39,666 nt of DNA, taken from contig JAEZJD010000032.1 in assembly GCA_023436425.1 (NCBI GenBank), positions 1 through 39,666 on the forward strand, in the 5' to 3' direction. The notes beneath the pieces were generated by a model. It made no database searches, was not told the origin of the DNA, and worked only from the letters and a program-made list of their open reading frames with translations. The position numbers and the translations under genes were made by a program. This document shows, piece by piece, positions 1-10,446 of this stretch; position 1 is the stretch's first letter; each line of letters starts with the position of its first letter. The DNA is from Bacteroidota bacterium. GTDB lineage: Bacteria; Bacteroidota; Bacteroidia; Chitinophagales; Chitinophagaceae.

Positions 1-1869
1 GATCAGAAAGGCAACACCACGACTCTTGGGCGCGGCGGCTCTGATTATACCGCGGCGATTATTGGTGCGTGCACTGGAGCTTCTTCGGTGGAAATCTGGA
101 CGGATGTTTCCGGTATGATGACTGCCGATCCACGACTTGTTCCCAATGCAAAGCACATCGAATCTATCTCGTATCACGAGGCGATGGAACTGTCGCATTT
201 CGGTGCAAAAGTTATTTACCCGCCCACACTGCAGCCGCTGATGAATTCCAAAATAGCGGTACGTATCAAAAACACTTTTGCTCCAGACGATTATGGCACT
301 GTTATACAAGCAGAGCCTCATAAAAATGGAAGCAGTACACGAGGTATTTCGAGCGTGAATGCGATCGCTCTGCTCAGCCTGGAAGGCAGTGGCATGGTTG
401 GTATTCCGGGATTTTCTAAACGGTTATTTGAGTCTTTGTCGAACCATCAGATCAATGTAATTCTGATCACGCAAGCCTCATCGGAACATTCGATATGTGT
501 GGGCGTAGAACAAAGAGCGGCCGACAAGGCCAAGGAAGTTGTGGACGATGCTTTTAGCTATGAAATTGAACGCGGGCTAATTGAACCTCTGAAAGTGGAG
601 CAAGATCTTGCCATCGTTGCACTTGTCGGCGATAATATGAAAAGTCATCAGGCAATCAGTGGAAGAATGTTTGGTGTTTTGGGCCGAAATGGTGTTAACA
701 TCAGAGCCATCGCTCAGGGTTCATCCGAGAGAAATATTTCGGCAGTAGTGCTTCACCAAGATATTCGTAAAGCATTGAATGCATTGCACGAAGAGTTTTT
801 CGAAACAATATACAAACAGGTGAACCTTTTTATCGTCGGCACGGGCAATGTGGGCAGTAAACTTGTAGCACAGCTGAAACAGCAGCAACGGTTTTTGCAG
901 GAAAAACTGGCGTTACAAGTTCGTGTGATTGCGCTGGCAAATAGCCGCAAGATGTTGTTTACAGATGATGGTGTAAACCTTTCCGAGTGGAAATCTGAAC
1001 TGGAGCGGGGTAAAGCAATGCAGCTCCATGAATTTGTTTCTGAAATGAAGAACAAAAACCTTAGAAATTCAGTCTTCGTAGATATCACAGCCACTCCCGA
1101 AGTAGCCAATACTTACGAGGATGTTTTTCAGAAAAGTATTTCGATAGTGGCGTGTAACAAAGTTGCAGCTTCTTCACCTTACAACAACTATAAACGACTG
1201 AAAGACCTTTGTCATGAATTTGACGCATCTTTTCTTTTCGAAACTAATGTAGGGGCCAGTTTACCCGTCATCGGCACGCTGAATGATCTTGTTCGTAGCG
1301 GTGATACCGTACATCGCATTGAAGCTGTTCTCAGCGGCACACTCAATTATGTCTTCAATCATTATGATGGCGAAATACCTTTCAGTGAAATTGTTCGTCA
1401 AGCGCAGCAGGAAGGCTATACGGAACCAGATCCACGCCTTGATTTGAGCGGGACTGACGTAATGCGAAAGATTTTAATTCTCGCAAGAGAAGCCGGTGCA
1501 CACATGGAAATGGAAGACATCAGCAATACACCGTTTTTGCCGCCATCGTGCATGGAAGGCAGCGTGGAAGATTTTTACAAAGAGATGCAAAACCAGGAGG
1601 AACATTTTAAAAACATTTATCAAGCGGCTGCTGATGCGGGAAAAAAATTGAAGTTCGTAGCAAGGTATTCTGACGGGAAAGCTTCAGTGGGATTACAACA
1701 CATTGACCCTGCGCACGACTTTTATCATTTGTACGGAAAAGACAACATCGTTTTGTTTTACACCGACCGTTACGTGGATCAGCCAATGGTTATCAAGGGA
1801 GCAGGCGCGGGTGCAGAAGTTACTGCTTCAGGAGTGTTTGCCGACATTATAAGAGCAGCAAGAATCTAA
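1..1869 (+). CDS. thrA: Bifunctional aspartate kinase/homoserine dehydrogenase I (5'-truncated by the window)
   Basis: Frame is open from base 1 (DQKGNTTTLGRGGSDYTAA...EIWTDVSG, the aspartokinase motif). Two ACT repeats (ITQASSEHS, IAQGSSERN) and an HSDH domain (GTGNVG, ETNVGASLP, EPDPRLDLSG) follow. First gene of thrABC. Confidence 0.97.
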   Translation, partial: DQKGNTTTLGRGGSDYTAAIIGACTGASSVEIWTDVSGMMTADPRLVPNAKHIESISYHEAMELSHFGAKVIYPPTLQPLMNSKIAVRIKNTFAPDDYGTVIQAEPHKNGSSTRGISSVNAIALLSLEGSGMVGIPGFSKRLFESLSNHQINVILITQASSEHSICVGVEQRAADKAKEVVDDAFSYEIERGLIEPLKVEQDLAIVALVGDNMKSHQAISGRMFGVLGRNGVNIRAIAQGSSERNISAVVLHQDIRKALNALHEEFFETIYKQVNLFIVGTGNVGSKLVAQLKQQQRFLQEKLALQVRVIALANSRKMLFTDDGVNLSEWKSELERGKAMQLHEFVSEMKNKNLRNSVFVDITATPEVANTYEDVFQKSISIVACNKVAASSPYNNYKRLKDLCHEFDASFLFETNVGASLPVIGTLNDLVRSGDTVHRIEAVLSGTLNYVFNHYDGEIPFSEIVRQAQQEGYTEPDPRLDLSGTDVMRKILILAREAGAHMEMEDISNTPFLPPSCMEGSVEDFYKEMQNQEEHFKNIYQAAADAGKKLKFVARYSDGKASVGLQHIDPAHDFYHLYGKDNIVLFYTDRYVDQPMVIKGAGAGAEVTASGVFADIIRAARI

Positions 1870-1870
1870 A

Positions 1871-2797
1871 ATGAAGAGAATCAAAATAAAAGCCCCCGCT
1901 ACTATTGCCAATCTCGTTTGTGGGTTTGACATTTTAGGAGTTTGCCTGCAGGAGCCGTTTGATATCATGGAAGTATCGTTGCTCGAGAATAAAGAAATTC
2001 TCCTCGAGCACGAAGGAGATTTACTTCTGCCGCAAGAACCACATTTGAATACTGCAGGAGCACCTCTTCTGGCCATGCTGAATGAAATACCTGAAATTTT
2101 CGGCTTTAAAGTTCGGATTCAGAAAAACATAAAGCCTGGAAGTGGCCTCGGTTCCAGCGCTGCAAGTGCTGCCGGCGCAGTTGTCGCGGCTAACGCGCTG
2201 CTGAATAACAGGTTTTCAAAAACAGATCTTTTGCGTTTTGCAATGGAGGGAGAAAAAGTTGCTTCTGGAGTAAAACATGCCGACAACATCGCACCCGTGA
2301 TTTATGGAGGAACGACACTCATTCGGAGCATTTTTCCTCTTGACATTGTTTCTATTCCAACACCGGCACTATTTATTACTGTTGTTCATCCTCAAATAGA
2401 AGTTCGCACATCTGATGCACGACAGATCTTACGAAAAGAAGTGTTGTTGAAAGATGCGATCAAGCAGTGGGGCAATATCGCAGGGCTTGTTGCAGGATTT
2501 ATGAAAGATGACTATGAGCTGATTAGTCGCTCTCTTGAAGACAGAATTATAGAACCTGTACGCAGCATTTTAATTCCGGAATTTTCAAAATTAAAAACCA
2601 AATGCATACAAGCCGGTGCTTTAGGCGGTGGCATATCGGGTTCCGGACCATCTATTTTTATGCTAAGCAAAGACCAAGAAACGGCATTAGCTGTTGAAAA
2701 GGTTATGCAGGATATTTACACTGCTATGCCTTTGCACCACTACACCTATGTTACTTCGATTAATCATTTAGGTTGCGGCATCATTGAACACGATTAG
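1871..2797 (+). CDS. thrB: Homoserine kinase
   Basis: APATIANLVCGFD N-terminus, GHMP motif PGSGLGSSAAS, HADN and ISGSGPS; lies between thrA and thrC. Confidence 0.96.
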   Translation: MKRIKIKAPATIANLVCGFDILGVCLQEPFDIMEVSLLENKEILLEHEGDLLLPQEPHLNTAGAPLLAMLNEIPEIFGFKVRIQKNIKPGSGLGSSAASAAGAVVAANALLNNRFSKTDLLRFAMEGEKVASGVKHADNIAPVIYGGTTLIRSIFPLDIVSIPTPALFITVVHPQIEVRTSDARQILRKEVLLKDAIKQWGNIAGLVAGFMKDDYELISRSLEDRIIEPVRSILIPEFSKLKTKCIQAGALGGGISGSGPSIFMLSKDQETALAVEKVMQDIYTAMPLHHYTYVTSINHLGCGIIEHD

Positions 2798-2799
2798 TT

Positions 2800-4089
2800 A
2801 TGCAATATTTCAGCACAAGCAATAAAAACATCAGAGCAGATTTCCGAAAAGCAACTATCGAAGGGCAACCTGCGGACAAGGGCTTGTACTTTCCCGAACA
2901 TATACCTCAATTGGGAAATGAATTTATTACCAACATCAAAAATTTATCGAAAGAAGAAATTGCCATTGAAGTAATCCGTCCTTACATCGGCCAATCGATT
3001 GATAATACCACACTCGAAAAAATTATATCGGAGACAATCTTTTTTGATTTTCCACTTGTGCGGATAAATAATTCAATTTCGGCTCTTGAACTTTTTCACG
3101 GTCCAACGCTTGCGTTTAAAGACGTTGGTGCAAGGTTTATGAGCCGATGCTTGAGCCATTTTGCAAAAGATGAAAAACGCAAAGTGACCGTACTAGTTGC
3201 TACTTCCGGCGACACCGGCGGCGCAGTGGCAGATGCTTTTTTCGATGTTGATAATGTCGATGTTGTTATCCTTTATCCTTCCAAAAAGGTGAGTGATATT
3301 CAGGAACTGCAGTTGACGACGTTGGGTAGCAATATCTCCGCACTCGAAATCGAAGGAACGTTTGATGATTGTCAACGACTGGTAAAAAATGCATTCGCCG
3401 ATCAGGATCTGAATAAGAAGCTTTACCTCACTTCTGCCAATTCCATAAATGTTGCACGGTGGCTGCCACAGCAGTTTTACTATTTCTATGCACATCAGCA
3501 ATGGCAGCATGAGGAGCCCCCTGTAGTGTGTGTTCCCAGCGGCAACTTTGGAAATATTTGTGCAGGTTTATTAGCCCACAAGTCCGGTTTACCTGTGGCG
3601 CATTTTATTTCGGCGTGCAATGCAAATGATGTTGTACCGAGTTATTTGTCTTCAGGAAAATACGAGAGCAAACCCGCTGTTGCAACGTTGTCGAACGCAA
3701 TGGACGTTGGCAATCCCAGCAACTTTGTTAGAATCATTAAACTCTTTCAAGACAATTTTTTTGACTTGAAAAATGTGCTCACAGCATACAGTATCACTGA
3801 TTCGGAGACTGTCGACGCAATTAAGCATGTAAAGTCAACATTCAATTATCTGCTTGATCCGCACGGAGCAGTTGGATTTACTGCGCTGCACCGGTACCTT
3901 GCCGAACACAGTGATCAAAAAGGATATTTTTTGGAAACCGCACACCCGGTTAAATTCAACATTGAGGAAATCATAAACGAAAAAGTAGAACTGCCAGCAT
4001 CAGTTAAACACCTGCTGACAAAAGAAAAAAAGAGCGTGAAAATGAGAGCAGATGAACGGGAACTAAAGTCTTTTTTGTTGAGCAGATAG
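2800..4089 (+). CDS. thrC: Threonine synthase
   Basis: LELFHGPTLAFKD (PLP lysine), ATSGDTG, SANSIN, VPSGNFGN, ETAHPVKF. Confidence 0.97.
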   Translation: MQYFSTSNKNIRADFRKATIEGQPADKGLYFPEHIPQLGNEFITNIKNLSKEEIAIEVIRPYIGQSIDNTTLEKIISETIFFDFPLVRINNSISALELFHGPTLAFKDVGARFMSRCLSHFAKDEKRKVTVLVATSGDTGGAVADAFFDVDNVDVVILYPSKKVSDIQELQLTTLGSNISALEIEGTFDDCQRLVKNAFADQDLNKKLYLTSANSINVARWLPQQFYYFYAHQQWQHEEPPVVCVPSGNFGNICAGLLAHKSGLPVAHFISACNANDVVPSYLSSGKYESKPAVATLSNAMDVGNPSNFVRIIKLFQDNFFDLKNVLTAYSITDSETVDAIKHVKSTFNYLLDPHGAVGFTALHRYLAEHSDQKGYFLETAHPVKFNIEEIINEKVELPASVKHLLTKEKKSVKMRADERELKSFLLSR

Positions 4090-4090
4090 A

Positions 4091-5875
4091 CTATGCTTCT
4101 GCCGTTGCAGTCGTTCTGCTTTCAAATTGCATGTGGTACAGGTTCGAATAAAACCCACTACTCGCAAGGAGTTCAGCATGTGTGCCCATTTCTTTAATTT
4201 CCCCTTTATCCAAAACAATGATCTTGTCTGCCCGCTGCACCGTCGACAATCTATGCGCAATAACTATTGAAGTTCTATCTGCAATTAACGTTCTGATTGC
4301 CCGTTCGATCATTCGTTCGCTCTCAGTGTCAACTGAAGATGTGGCTTCGTCGAGAATGAGTATTGCAGGATTGTAAAGCAGTGCCCTGATGAACGACAGT
4401 AATTGTCGCTGACCAACGGACAGGGTAGCGCCCCTCTCCATTACATTGTAGTCATAGCCGCCGGGTAATTGCATGATGAAATCGTGCATGCCGATAATTT
4501 TCGCAGCGTGTTCCACTCTCTCCCGCGGAATTGATTCGTTCAGCAACGTTATGTTATCTAGTACCGATCCGGGAAAAAGAAATACATCTTGCAGTACGAC
4601 ACCAACGCTTCTTCTCAACGTGGCGAGATCGTAATTTTCAATCGGCACATCATCAATTTTGATGTAGCCTGCATCGATTTCATAAAGACGGTTCAGTAAG
4701 CTGATGATCGTCGTTTTACCACTTCCTGTATGTCCAACAATGGCAACCGTTTCGCCTGGCTGCACTGAAAAGTTTAGATCTTTCAGAACAAGCTGCTCTT
4801 TTGTGTATCCGAAAGACACATGTTCGAAATCTATTTTTCCCCGAACGTGTTCGGGAGCGAATGCATCCTTAGATGATGGGGGCAGCGAATCAGAATTATC
4901 CAGCACGCCAAATACACGCTCACTTGCAATCATTCCCATTTGCAGAACATTAAACTTGTCTGCAATCATTCGCAACGGACGGAAAATAAGGTTCAAATAA
5001 AGTATAAAGGCAGTTACTTTCCCGTATTGACTTACCTGTAGCGCAAGAGCCTCCTTTGCAGTCCACCAAACAATAAGGCCAATTGAAAGTGCAAGCACTA
5101 TTTCAACAATCGGAAAGAACACAGAATAGGCAAAAATTGCTTTAATGTTTGCGTTGCGATGCTCCTTGTTTATTTCTTTAAATTTATTGAACTCTCTTTG
5201 TTCCGCAGCAAACGCCTGGACGATGTACATGCCGGTAATATGCTCCTGCACAAATGCATTTAGACGTGCTACGGCATTTCGTACGCGGTGAAATGATTTA
5301 TTGACACTCTCTTTGAAATAGTAAGTCGCAATAACAATAATTGGAAACGGAACCAAACAAACGAGCGTCAGCCTCCAATCTGTCCAGAACATAATTCCGA
5401 GCACACATGCTATGGAAAGAAGATCAGCAATAATAGGAATCAGTCCATCCGAAAAAATGTCGTTTACTCTTTCAATGTCATCAACTGTTCTTGTGGTGAG
5501 TGTACCAATGGGAGTACGATCAAATTGTCGCAAGTTTAGGTGGAGTATTTTATGAAAAACCTTCACCCGCATATCCTTAACAACGGACTGCCCCAACCAC
5601 GACGTAGTGTAAGAAAAATAAAAACGAAGCGCCGTTTCGATGAAAATAAACCCAATTTGGATTAGGGTAATGTAAATGAGCCAATCGTAATTTTTTCCGG
5701 CAATGTATTTATCTACAGTAAGTTGAATGAGATAGGGCCGCACCGGCGTGAACGCAGCCAGCATTACGGCCATGACAATAGACCAGTAAAAGCTGCGCTT
5801 GTACGGCCTTGTGAATTGTAAAACTCTCTTGAGAAGTGAAAAGTCGAAAAAAGATTTTTTTGCCTGTGTCGTCAA
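4091..5875 (-). CDS. ABC exporter, fused permease/ATP-binding protein (MsbA/multidrug-like)
   Basis: N-terminal transmembrane domain, Walker A GHTGSGKT, signature LSVGQRQ, Walker B ILILDEATS, AHRLST. TTG start. Confidence 0.93.
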   Translation of the reverse strand: MTTQAKKSFFDFSLLKRVLQFTRPYKRSFYWSIVMAVMLAAFTPVRPYLIQLTVDKYIAGKNYDWLIYITLIQIGFIFIETALRFYFSYTTSWLGQSVVKDMRVKVFHKILHLNLRQFDRTPIGTLTTRTVDDIERVNDIFSDGLIPIIADLLSIACVLGIMFWTDWRLTLVCLVPFPIIVIATYYFKESVNKSFHRVRNAVARLNAFVQEHITGMYIVQAFAAEQREFNKFKEINKEHRNANIKAIFAYSVFFPIVEIVLALSIGLIVWWTAKEALALQVSQYGKVTAFILYLNLIFRPLRMIADKFNVLQMGMIASERVFGVLDNSDSLPPSSKDAFAPEHVRGKIDFEHVSFGYTKEQLVLKDLNFSVQPGETVAIVGHTGSGKTTIISLLNRLYEIDAGYIKIDDVPIENYDLATLRRSVGVVLQDVFLFPGSVLDNITLLNESIPRERVEHAAKIIGMHDFIMQLPGGYDYNVMERGATLSVGQRQLLSFIRALLYNPAILILDEATSSVDTESERMIERAIRTLIADRTSIVIAHRLSTVQRADKIIVLDKGEIKEMGTHAELLASSGFYSNLYHMQFESRTTATAEA

Positions 5876-5897
5876 TTGCCTGCTTTAGTAAACAAAT

Positions 5898-8147
5898 TTA
5901 AAGCCGTGTCATGTTTTGCTCATCCGAATTTTCACCCATTGCATTTTTATATGCCTTGATGAAAATAGCTCCGAGATTTTTTTGCGGTGGAATGTAATCG
6001 CCAAAGCCTTCCTGCTTACCACTTCGTTTTTCAAATTCTTTCCAGAAGTTGATCCACTCAATATTCTTTCCCGCGATCATTTTTTCATTGAGCAAATCAA
6101 AAAACGGCTGATTGATCACTTGCCTGCCCGTTTGCTTAGATGCAATGATGTGCGCATCAGAAGCATGCTCCAGCACATCATGAATTAAATGGTAGCCACC
6201 GCACGAACCAAGGAACACTATTTTAGCTGAAGCCGGAATTTGTTCAATTGTGTACGGAGCATAATAACTGTGTCCTCTATGCACAACAATGGTGGGATCC
6301 AAATTGTTCTCTTCAAGATAACTATCTAATGCTTCCTGGGCTTTGTCCACCTCTCCTGTTTCTTCAGGCAAAGGTTTGTTTGCAAAAATCCAAACCGGCT
6401 TTCCTTTCAATGATGAATATTTTATCCAATATTTCGTCTCTTCTCTTTTCCATGAGCTGGCGGGAAATTGAGTAACGAAGTTTGCATAATTACCACGTCC
6501 GTCTTTATCGCCGTAAAAGAAAACCTGCATCACCACCTTGCCTGTTGAATCACCACCCGTAACAAGATTGTTGTAGTTGATTGCATATACCGGCGGAATA
6601 TTAAACTCCTGCGAAAGATTAATTGTGCTGTCGGACGCAGACTGAAAAAGCTTGTACAGCAAATCATACATCACCATCCCGCGTTTGTTATTCAACTTTA
6701 CGTTCCGTTCGTAATTCAACTTCACGTTAGTTAACATATCATCGGCGACCGGCTTAATCTGCTCCATAATGCTCGCATACGAATCTGCAACATCAACACC
6801 GTCTTCCAAGCCCTGAGATTCTTCCAAACCATTGACGAAAGCCGTCATAAGCGTGGTGGAATAATCCTTTGGCATAGTGCCCAAGAAATTACTTAACGTG
6901 TTATAGCCTGCAGCCATTTTAATAAACTTCTTGAAATGACTAAAACCAACACTCAACAGGAGCGAATCACCCTTGTTGCCAATCTTCTGCATCATCGTCG
7001 GATATACGCCGCGGGTGTAACTGGAAGTATATAGATCTGTTTCACCAGCAATCACCAAATAGTAAAGTTCTTCTGCCGTCAATAGATTCAAAATTCTAAA
7101 CCGCACCGGGTCCGGCGACTCGTGCAAATCGTTTATCGGTTTGATGAAAAGTTCCACAGCTTTTTTCTCCAGCATGGCATTTAAAGCCTGCATTTCGGTA
7201 ATCTTTTCATCTTCTAATTGCCGGTTCACATAATCGAGTTTTGTGCGCACCAGCAACTTGTAATATTTTATCGGGTCCTTTATCGCTTCATCAATTTCTT
7301 TCAGGGAAATTTTATCCTTCAAAATGTTATCAAGAAAAGGAAAATACAACTGTCCACTTCCATTGCTGTTTGTTGCCATGTCGGAAACAGCTTTAATGAC
7401 GGGATCATCAATTTGCCTGATCGCTTTTCCTAAATCGTTATATGCAGCAGCATAGTCATACAACTGGCGCGGAAATTTATGTCCGGCGTAAATGATTAAA
7501 CTATCGCGAAAAGGCAGATTAGGGTTATCTTTTAAAGTAAGAAAAATCTTCTCTGGGTGCAGAAGCAGATATTTCTTGATGACAATGTTCTTCGCCACCT
7601 TGTACCCTGAATTTCTTTCGAAAGCTCTGGAATCTAAGACCAGCTTTCCGATGTCGTGCGGCCATTGTTCTACCAACGACTCGATAGACTCGCCTTTTTT
7701 ATCCTTCGCAACGGCGACTTCGTATGCATCTATTGCTGATGGCAGATGTGATGCATTGAATTGCCTGCTGCGGTATAATGCTGAAAAATTTCTGAGTAAA
7801 TATTGTAGTCCTTGCAGATAACCTACTTTTTTCTGTTCGCCGAGCGAATCCGTTTCAATTTTACATTGAATAGCATCTATGCGGTTTACAATGGCATTGG
7901 TAACAAAGTAGCTGACTTCATCATTTTCTGCCTTGAAGGAATTGGTGCCTCCGCTCACTTTTAAAGCATTTTTCTGCTCGCGGTCAATATAGTCGTGCCA
8001 CAACTCGCGGCTTTTCGGAGGTTTACAAGTTTCAGTGGAAGAGACCTGTTTTTCTTTATGGCTTACGTTTTTTTGCCCAAATGCGGGAAGGCAAAATGCA
8101 AGGGCAAGGCAAGCAAAGAATATTGGTGTTGATGGCATGCGCCTCAT
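5898..8147 (-). CDS. Secreted hypothetical protein with a putative C-terminal His/Cys (caspase/gingipain-like fold) domain
   Basis: 749-aa ORF with a signal peptide (IFFACLALAFCLPAFG-Q). C-terminal IVVHRGHS...IVFLGSC. The CDS is secure; the function is inferred. Confidence 0.85.
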   Translation of the reverse strand: MRRMPSTPIFFACLALAFCLPAFGQKNVSHKEKQVSSTETCKPPKSRELWHDYIDREQKNALKVSGGTNSFKAENDEVSYFVTNAIVNRIDAIQCKIETDSLGEQKKVGYLQGLQYLLRNFSALYRSRQFNASHLPSAIDAYEVAVAKDKKGESIESLVEQWPHDIGKLVLDSRAFERNSGYKVAKNIVIKKYLLLHPEKIFLTLKDNPNLPFRDSLIIYAGHKFPRQLYDYAAAYNDLGKAIRQIDDPVIKAVSDMATNSNGSGQLYFPFLDNILKDKISLKEIDEAIKDPIKYYKLLVRTKLDYVNRQLEDEKITEMQALNAMLEKKAVELFIKPINDLHESPDPVRFRILNLLTAEELYYLVIAGETDLYTSSYTRGVYPTMMQKIGNKGDSLLLSVGFSHFKKFIKMAAGYNTLSNFLGTMPKDYSTTLMTAFVNGLEESQGLEDGVDVADSYASIMEQIKPVADDMLTNVKLNYERNVKLNNKRGMVMYDLLYKLFQSASDSTINLSQEFNIPPVYAINYNNLVTGGDSTGKVVMQVFFYGDKDGRGNYANFVTQFPASSWKREETKYWIKYSSLKGKPVWIFANKPLPEETGEVDKAQEALDSYLEENNLDPTIVVHRGHSYYAPYTIEQIPASAKIVFLGSCGGYHLIHDVLEHASDAHIIASKQTGRQVINQPFFDLLNEKMIAGKNIEWINFWKEFEKRSGKQEGFGDYIPPQKNLGAIFIKAYKNAMGENSDEQNMTRL

Positions 8148-8152
8148 AGAAG

Positions 8153-8160
8153 CAAATTTA
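8153..8160 (-). promoter_or_regulatory. Bacteroidota sigma-A -7 element (TAAATTTG)
   Basis: Exact TAnnTTTG on the minus strand, 5 nt upstream of the ATG at 8147. Confidence 0.55.
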
Positions 8161-8303
8161 GTACCTGAAAAATAATAAAGGGTTAATGACTTCTTAACTC
8201 AGACAGAGCTTACCTCACGAAAGTTGCAGCTGCTTTGTACAAAACGCTGCACATTATGAAAAAAGAAAATCGTTTATTACCTTAACCGGCTTAAAACTGC
8301 ATT

Positions 8304-9212
8304 ATGAGATCCCTACCCGGTAAGTTAACAACTGCTATCATTTTGTCTGCTTTTCTGTTTTCCTGTAAGAAGAATGTTCAAGAAACGATGGAACACGAGC
8401 GGTTTGCCGCACAAACTATCTCTGCAACAGAAGCGGCTGTGGGAATCTGTGATTATGAAATAACGGAAGCATCGCTCATTTCCTCAGGATGGACTAAGCG
8501 TTTTGAAGATAATTTTTCGGGAACTCTTGATCAATGGAATATATGGACTGGAGGCGCTTATAATTATGAGCTCCAGTATTACAATCCCACGAACTTGAAA
8601 ATTGATGCCGCTTCGGGTATTCTCACGATTGAAGCCCGCCGGGAGACCGTTACAGGTGCCACATTACCAACAGATCAGACGCCGAAAAAATTTGATTTTA
8701 CCTCCGGCAGGATTGAAGCAAAAACACATTTTTCCTCATCGCCAACCACTCCTAAGGTGCGGATGGCAGCTCGCATTAAACTGCCGAAAGGCACAGGAAT
8801 GTGGCCTGCATTCTGGAGTTATGGAGACCCTTGGCCCACTCAGGGAGAAATCGACATTATGGAAGCGAAAGGGCAGCAAACATTTCAATATTCAACGGCA
8901 TATTGGTATGGGCGAAACGCAAACAAGGTACAAGGCTCAGATGCATTGATCACAACAAATGTGGATCTGTCTGAATGTTTCCATGTATACGAACTAATCT
9001 GGGAAAAAGACAAACTAACATATTCTCTCGATGGCAATATCGTAAATACGAAGAGCGGCGGATCCATTCCCAACATGTACAAAAAACAGCAAAGAGTTGT
9101 ACTGAACCTGGCTGTAGGAGGTCTGTTTTTTGGCAATCCACCACTCACAGCTTCCGACATTCAAACAGGGAGCATGCAGGTTGATTGGGTGAAGGTGTTT
9201 ACCGCCAAATAA
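8304..9212 (+). CDS. Glycoside hydrolase family 16 lipoprotein (laminarinase/beta-glucanase-like)
   Basis: Lipobox FLFS-C, WPAFW, catalytic EIDIME, FTSGRI, LNLAVGG, VDWVKV. Confidence 0.92.
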   Translation: MRSLPGKLTTAIILSAFLFSCKKNVQETMEHERFAAQTISATEAAVGICDYEITEASLISSGWTKRFEDNFSGTLDQWNIWTGGAYNYELQYYNPTNLKIDAASGILTIEARRETVTGATLPTDQTPKKFDFTSGRIEAKTHFSSSPTTPKVRMAARIKLPKGTGMWPAFWSYGDPWPTQGEIDIMEAKGQQTFQYSTAYWYGRNANKVQGSDALITTNVDLSECFHVYELIWEKDKLTYSLDGNIVNTKSGGSIPNMYKKQQRVVLNLAVGGLFFGNPPLTASDIQTGSMQVDWVKVFTAK

Positions 9213-10403
9213 TCATTTCAAAGCAGCAATGCCGGGAAGTTCCTTGCCTTCGAAAAATTCGAGCATGGCGCCGCCGCCGGTGGAAACATAGCTCACACGA
9301 TCTGCCAAGCCAAACTGTTTGATCGCTGAAACGCTGTCGCCGCCGCCAACAAGAGAATATGCGCCATTATCTGTTGCTTCGGCTACCGCTTCGGCTACCG
9401 ATTTTGTGCCGTGTTGAAACTTCTCCATTTCAAAAACACCCATCGGTCCGTTCCAAAGTATAGTTTTGGAAGAAAGGATTACTTTTTTGAAGGTCTCGCA
9501 AGCCAACGCTCCAATGTCCAACGCCATCCAGTCATCAGGAATATTCGTACTCAACGATGATGAGATGTTAGCGTCTTCGGCAAACTTGTCGGCAATTATT
9601 GAGTCGTTAGGCAAGTGAATGCAAACACCTTTTGCCTCAGCTTTGGTCAAAAGATCTTTTGCCGTTTGCAGACGGTCTTCTTCGACGAGAGATTTACCTA
9701 TCTGCCCACCCATTGCTTTAAAGAAAGTGTAGGCCATGCCACCACCGATAATAATGTCGGTAGCACGTTCTAAAAGGTTTTCGATGATGAGGATTTTGTC
9801 AGACACCTTTGCGCCGCCAATAATTGCTGTGAAAGGCTTTTCGCTGCTGTGCAAAATCTTTTCGCCGCTGCTTACTTCCCCTTCCATCAACAATCCGAAC
9901 ATTTTGTTTTCGGGAGAAAAGAATTTAGCAATAACGGCTGTAGAAGCATGCGCTCTGTGGGCTGTACCAAAGGCATCGTTCACATAAACGTCGCCAAGAG
10001 AAGCAAGTTTTTTTGCAAAATCTTCGTCGCCTTTTTCTTCCTGTTTGTAAAACCGCAAGTTTTCGAGCAAGAGCACTTCACCGGATTTCAAATTCTTTGC
10101 TTTTTCCGCTGCTTCTTCGCCGATGCAGTCTGCTGCAAATTGCACTTGTGTGTCCAGCAATTCACTTACGTGCTTCACCAGATGCTTTAGAGAATACTTC
10201 TCTGTAGGACCTTCTTTGGGTCGCCCAAGGTGCGACATGAGGATTACACTGCCGCCGTCCGCAAGAATCTTTTTTATGGTAGGTATTGCTGCCCTTATGC
10301 GTGAATCGTCGGTAATGTTATACTCTTTGTCTAGAGGAACATTGAAGTCCACACGAATCAATGCTTTCTTGTCCTTGAAATTATAATCAGAAAACTTGCT
10401 CAT
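9213..10403 (-). CDS. pgk: Phosphoglycerate kinase
   Basis: [47 protein letters not shown]. Confidence 0.98.
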   Translation of the reverse strand: MSKFSDYNFKDKKALIRVDFNVPLDKEYNITDDSRIRAAIPTIKKILADGGSVILMSHLGRPKEGPTEKYSLKHLVKHVSELLDTQVQFAADCIGEEAAEKAKNLKSGEVLLLENLRFYKQEEKGDEDFAKKLASLGDVYVNDAFGTAHRAHASTAVIAKFFSPENKMFGLLMEGEVSSGEKILHSSEKPFTAIIGGAKVSDKILIIENLLERATDIIIGGGMAYTFFKAMGGQIGKSLVEEDRLQTAKDLLTKAEAKGVCIHLPNDSIIADKFAEDANISSSLSTNIPDDWMALDIGALACETFKKVILSSKTILWNGPMGVFEMEKFQHGTKSVAEAVAEATDNGAYSLVGGGDSVSAIKQFGLADRVSYVSTGGGAMLEFFEGKELPGIAALK

Positions 10404-10422
10404 GGTTAAAATTTTTGAAGAG

Positions 10423-10446
10423 AAAAAAAGCCGGTACTTACCGGCT
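10423..10446 (-). terminator. Intrinsic terminator-like hairpin between gap and pgk
   Basis: Minus strand AGCCGGT-AAGT-ACCGGCT followed by a T-run, 5 nt after the gap stop. Confidence 0.7.

Noticed and set aside
9376..9399. 12-bp tandem duplication GCTTCGGCTACC in pgk
   Set aside because: It simply encodes the helical VAEAVAEA peptide in frame.
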